DNA of 63,439 bases, counting the filler, from Stramenopiles sp. TOSAG23-3 (Eukaryota): the NCBI GenBank assembly GCA_900128585.1. It is 8 parts of 8 records of this genome, joined end to end, with 100 filler letters (N's around TTAATTAATTAA, not from the genome) between each part and the next. Parts side by side here need not be neighbours in the genome. Positions count along the whole stretch, not along the records: positions 60,201 to 61,770 come from LT645676.1; positions 61,871 to 63,439 come from LT645677.1; 6 more parts are not named here. The stretch is one strand, 5' to 3'. Below are positions 60,204 to 63,439 of the stretch, one piece after another. Each line of letters starts with the position of its first letter. The first letter of the stretch is position 1. Under the pieces are notes generated by a model. The model saw nothing but the letters and a program-made list of their open reading frames with translations. It was not told the DNA's origin and did no database searches. The translations under genes and the position numbers were made by a program.

Positions 60204-61770
60204 ATGGCGATCCCTACGAACGCAGCAAAAGGGACAAAGTCTCAGATTGTAGTCTTTGATGCCGGGAGCAGTGGGACCCGGGTCCACGTGTTCGACTGCT
60301 ATCGAGACAAGCGTGGTTCAAACCCGCTGCCTGTCGTCGATTTGACCGCCCGAGAGAAGCAAACGTTAAAAGTAAAACCAGGGCTCTCGGCGTTGGCGAA
60401 AACGAAGGATCGGGAAGGGACCGTCCGGGCAATGAAAGAACTCTTGGACTTTGTCAACCGGTTTGTCCCAGTCTCGAAGCGCCCGGCGACGCCGTTGCTC
60501 CTGAAAGCGACGGCGGGGCTGCGCGCCGTGCCGGCGGACGACAGCGAGCTCGTGCTGAGTGCCGTCCGGGACGTGTTCCGAAAGAGCGACTACAAGTTTG
60601 TGTCCGAGTGGGCGGGGATCATCCCAGGGAACGAAGAGGGAGGGCTCTCGTGGGTCGCCGCAAACTACCTGCAGGGAACGTTCGATGCGAAGGCCACGGG
60701 CCGACAAGACGTCCATGACTCCAAGTCCGATAGCGGGTCGGTCGGGGTCATCGAGCTCGGTGGGGGGTCGATCCAAGTCACCGCACAAATCGATGCCGTG
60801 CGAAACATTCGGCCAAACGACAAGTTCGAGTTCTTCATCCCGGGGGGGGGCGGCAGTACCACGTCTACGCCCACAGCTACATGAACTACGGGCAAGACTA
60901 CGTTCAGAAAACCCTCGTCGACAGCGGAAAGTACGGCTCGAAGCGATTGGAAGGGTCTTCCCCTGCTGCGCCGCAGGGAGACCCGTGCTACCCGACGGGG
61001 TACTCCCGGTCATGGACGGTCGGGGCGTGCGCCTCGAGCCCGGGGAGCGACGCCGCGGCATGCACGAGTGCTGCAACCCAAAAGGTACAGGGCAAGGGAA
61101 AATTTGAAGGGTGCACAGCGCTCGCAAAGCAATTTTTGGACGATTCCACCGACGTAAGTACAGGACTCTCCCGTCTTCTCTTTTCCTTTCTTTCTTTCTC
61201 TCTCACTTTCGTCCCTTGATGCAACATTGGCCCAGCAGCGCGCTAACCTTTTTTTCCCTTCTTCTTACAGGGCCCCGGGCGTTACCAAGGCGAACCGCCC
61301 TTGAAGGGACACTTCATCGCGATCGAAAACTTCTTTTACGTCCGAAACGACATGAAAGCACCGCTGGACGCTTCCCCGGGCGCTCAAAAATCGGCCGGGA
61401 CGACGGCGTGCTCGAAAACGGCCACAGAGAGTGAGGGAAAGCTGATGAAAACGTGCTACGCCCTTTCGTACCAAAACATGCTGCTGGAAGCGCTCAAGGC
61501 CACGAAAGCGAACGACGTCGATGTTGACATCGTCCATCAGTTGAACGGCGCCGATGTGGACTGGGCGTTGGGGGCAGCAATTGCCCAGTACATCTCACAG
61601 TCCCACACGGTCGTTATTTCTGAGGACCCGCTGGACGTCGGGCGTGGCGCTCTTCCGTCGTCCGTAAAGATGGCGGCCGAGGCCGGCGCGTTCATCATTG
61701 GCGTGTCTTTGCTGTACGTGTTTGTGGTGCGGGACAACATCTTTGGAAGCGGAAACGTAGTGATGAGCAC
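60204..61770 (+). CDS. GDA1/CD39 apyrase (NTPDase); frameshift at G9 run 60842-60850; one intron; truncated at contig end
   Basis: ACR1 FDAGSSGTRVHVF, ACR2 ATAGLR, ACR3 GNEEG, ACR4 ELGGGSIQ, then in the shifted frame YHVYAHSYMNYGQD and DPCYP, then after the intron ENFFY and ACR5 DWALG; C-terminal hydrophobic helix. Confidence 0.9.
61154..61270 (+). other. U2-type spliceosomal intron (117 nt, phase 0)
   Basis: GTAAGT donor, GCTAAC branch site at ~61242, polypyrimidine tract, TTACAG acceptor; removal joins DSTD|GPGRYQGEPPLKGHF in frame and removes the TGA at 61217. Confidence 0.92.
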
Positions 61771-61870
61771 NNNNNNNNNNNNNNNNNNNNNNNNNNNNNN
61801 NNNNNNNNNNNNNNTTAATTAATTAANNNNNNNNNNNNNNNNNNNNNNNNNNNNNNNNNNNNNNNNNNNN
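61771..61870. other. Artificial contig linker
   Basis: 44N-TTAATTAATTAA-44N. Confidence 0.98.
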
Positions 61871-63439
61871 CCTTCCTGGTATTTTGTATTTGGAAATATT
61901 TAACGTATTCAGCGCTTCGTAATTTTTGCCAAACTTTGTGACATTGATTCCCGTTATTTGTGTCCCGTTTATGTACGAAGCATTCAATGTTACTTCCACG
62001 TATCCTTTTACCACATTATGGGTTGACCCTGTTGCTACAAATAATTCCTTGTTTGTGAGTTTCAGAATGTCACCGACATTAAACACCGTTGTGCCCGCAT
62101 CAACAACATCGATTGAGATTGACGTAATATTGTCTGTACCAGCGGTAAGATTAAGTCTACAATCGCCACAAAAAGCAGGATTTAACAAAGAATACGTGCC
62201 GACATTGATCTTAAAAGCTTTTACATCCGTAAATGTGTCTGAGCTGAACGCAATACTGCCAACATTCAACGGTCCACCACCAACAATTGCTATTTCCAGG
62301 TTTTCATCTTTCTGGCTCGTATTATTTCGCTCAGTAATTATGTCAGTGGCGGCAATAATATGTACACCTGGGGTTATTGGCCCATTTCTACCTTGTGATA
62401 TACTTCCCAGCAATGCATTTTTAGTTGTATCAAGATGCGTTGTAGGACCACTAAAGTCGTGATCAATGCACCATACAGTAACAGTATTATTTGATGCGTT
62501 TATTGAAACGTTTACAATTTTCCACGAAAATGGTGCATGCATCAACCGATTTCCAAAACCGGTTGTTACTTCAAATCCCGTGCCTGTAGTCAATCCAGGA
62601 CTGTACAATTTAAAAGCTGTACCATCATCTAAATTATCGGTTACAATCGCTACTGGATTCTCCACCGACGCAGAAGTGGTGCGTAAATGTAACAACTTCC
62701 CACTTGTCAGCGCGGTGTTATCGACCATTTCCAGCACTGTCCCTTCTGTAAGTTGAGGCGCACCCAATCGAACCATTGTCCCAGTCGTAAGTTTAGGGGC
62801 TACAATATCCATCATTGTGCCTGTTGTCGTATTGGGAGCTCGCAAATTAATGAGTTTACTTGACTTTTCCACACTCTTTGAATTTGTTTCTATATCTATA
62901 ATGCTTGCTTCTTTTATTTGATCACTGCTAATTCGCACGACTACACCATCTTCCACGGAGTCAGCATTGAGACTAAAAACACCGTTTTGTGCTTGAGAAG
63001 ATGTTGTAACCAAATCCAATAGTTTTCCAGTAGTCATTTTGTTTCCACTAGTAATTTTCATACCTGTACCAGAAACTAATGATGTTGCACTAATTTCTAA
63101 CATGACACCTTCTGTTTGTTTATCGGCTTCAATGCTTACTATTTTCCCCGTTACTCGATCTGCGCGTCCACCTTCGGCCGTGTCTCCGACGTATGCGGTA
63201 AATGACGAGGTGTTTACCGCAGCAGTGCCGGCTTTGTTGTAAAGCTCGAACGTATTCTCAGTTTCTTTTTTAACAGTATAGACATTACCGTTTAGTTCTG
63301 TCATACCAGCTTCCTCTCCAATTCCTGTTATTCGTATTTGGTCGCCATCAAACAAACCATGTTGAGTTTCAGTCGTTACAACACCTGCGTTAGCCTTTGT
63401 CACAGTTTTTATTTTTACAGTAATTGGGTCCTTAGCTAG
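61871..63439 (-). CDS. Internal fragment of a large Thr/Gly/Val/Ile-rich beta-strand protein (E1-FCCH-like module plus LTTG beta-helix repeats; phage-tail-like)
   Basis: Frame open at both ends; VTKANAGVVTTETQHGLFDGDQIRITGI...GMTELNGNVYTV...TFEL; about 14-aa repeats LVSGTG, MTTGKL, LTTGTM, LTEGTV, LTSGKL, LTTGTG; lower GC than the other CDSs. Confidence 0.75.

Noticed and set aside
60838-60852. Programmed -1 frameshift at CCCGGGGGGGGG in the apyrase
   Set aside because: A G9 homopolymer is a classic sequencing-error site and not a canonical X XXY YYZ (Y=A/U) slippery site; the unshifted product would lack ACR5.

Overview
Eukaryotic, intron-poor protist DNA, probably a heterotrophic stramenopile-like flagellate from an amplified or environmental assembly (taxonomy is inference). 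The window is not one locus. It is eight contigs joined by artificial 100-nt linkers (44 N + TTAATTAATTAA + 44 N), so gene neighbourhoods are only meaningful within a contig. It holds about 23 mostly single-exon genes separated by AT-rich, GAA-microsatellite-rich spacers. Recognisable products are PDI, mitochondrial uS5, DDX46/Prp5, an FKBP, an amidase, a USP9/24/34-type deubiquitinase, a GDA1/CD39 apyrase, a GKRP/MurQ-like protein and a GH55-like beta-helix enzyme. The most notable signals are: (1) a strand-specific ~30-120 bp element (core AAACAAGAAAATTGGCTGTTATTTAAGTAATTAAAATT) just 3' of the stop codon of about ten genes, in the gene's sense; (2) a ~380-440 bp non-coding element on two contigs that is ~76% identical yet has no small indels; (3) unusual protein architectures, including an F-box-like kinesin with a U-box inserted inside the motor domain, a zinc-ribbon-less sirtuin with WH2-like/polyproline and KOW appendages, and a single-chain pseudo-dimeric S1P-lyase-like enzyme; (4) GTAC-word clusters in intergenic DNA. 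No rRNA, tRNA, CRISPR array or autonomous transposon could be supported.
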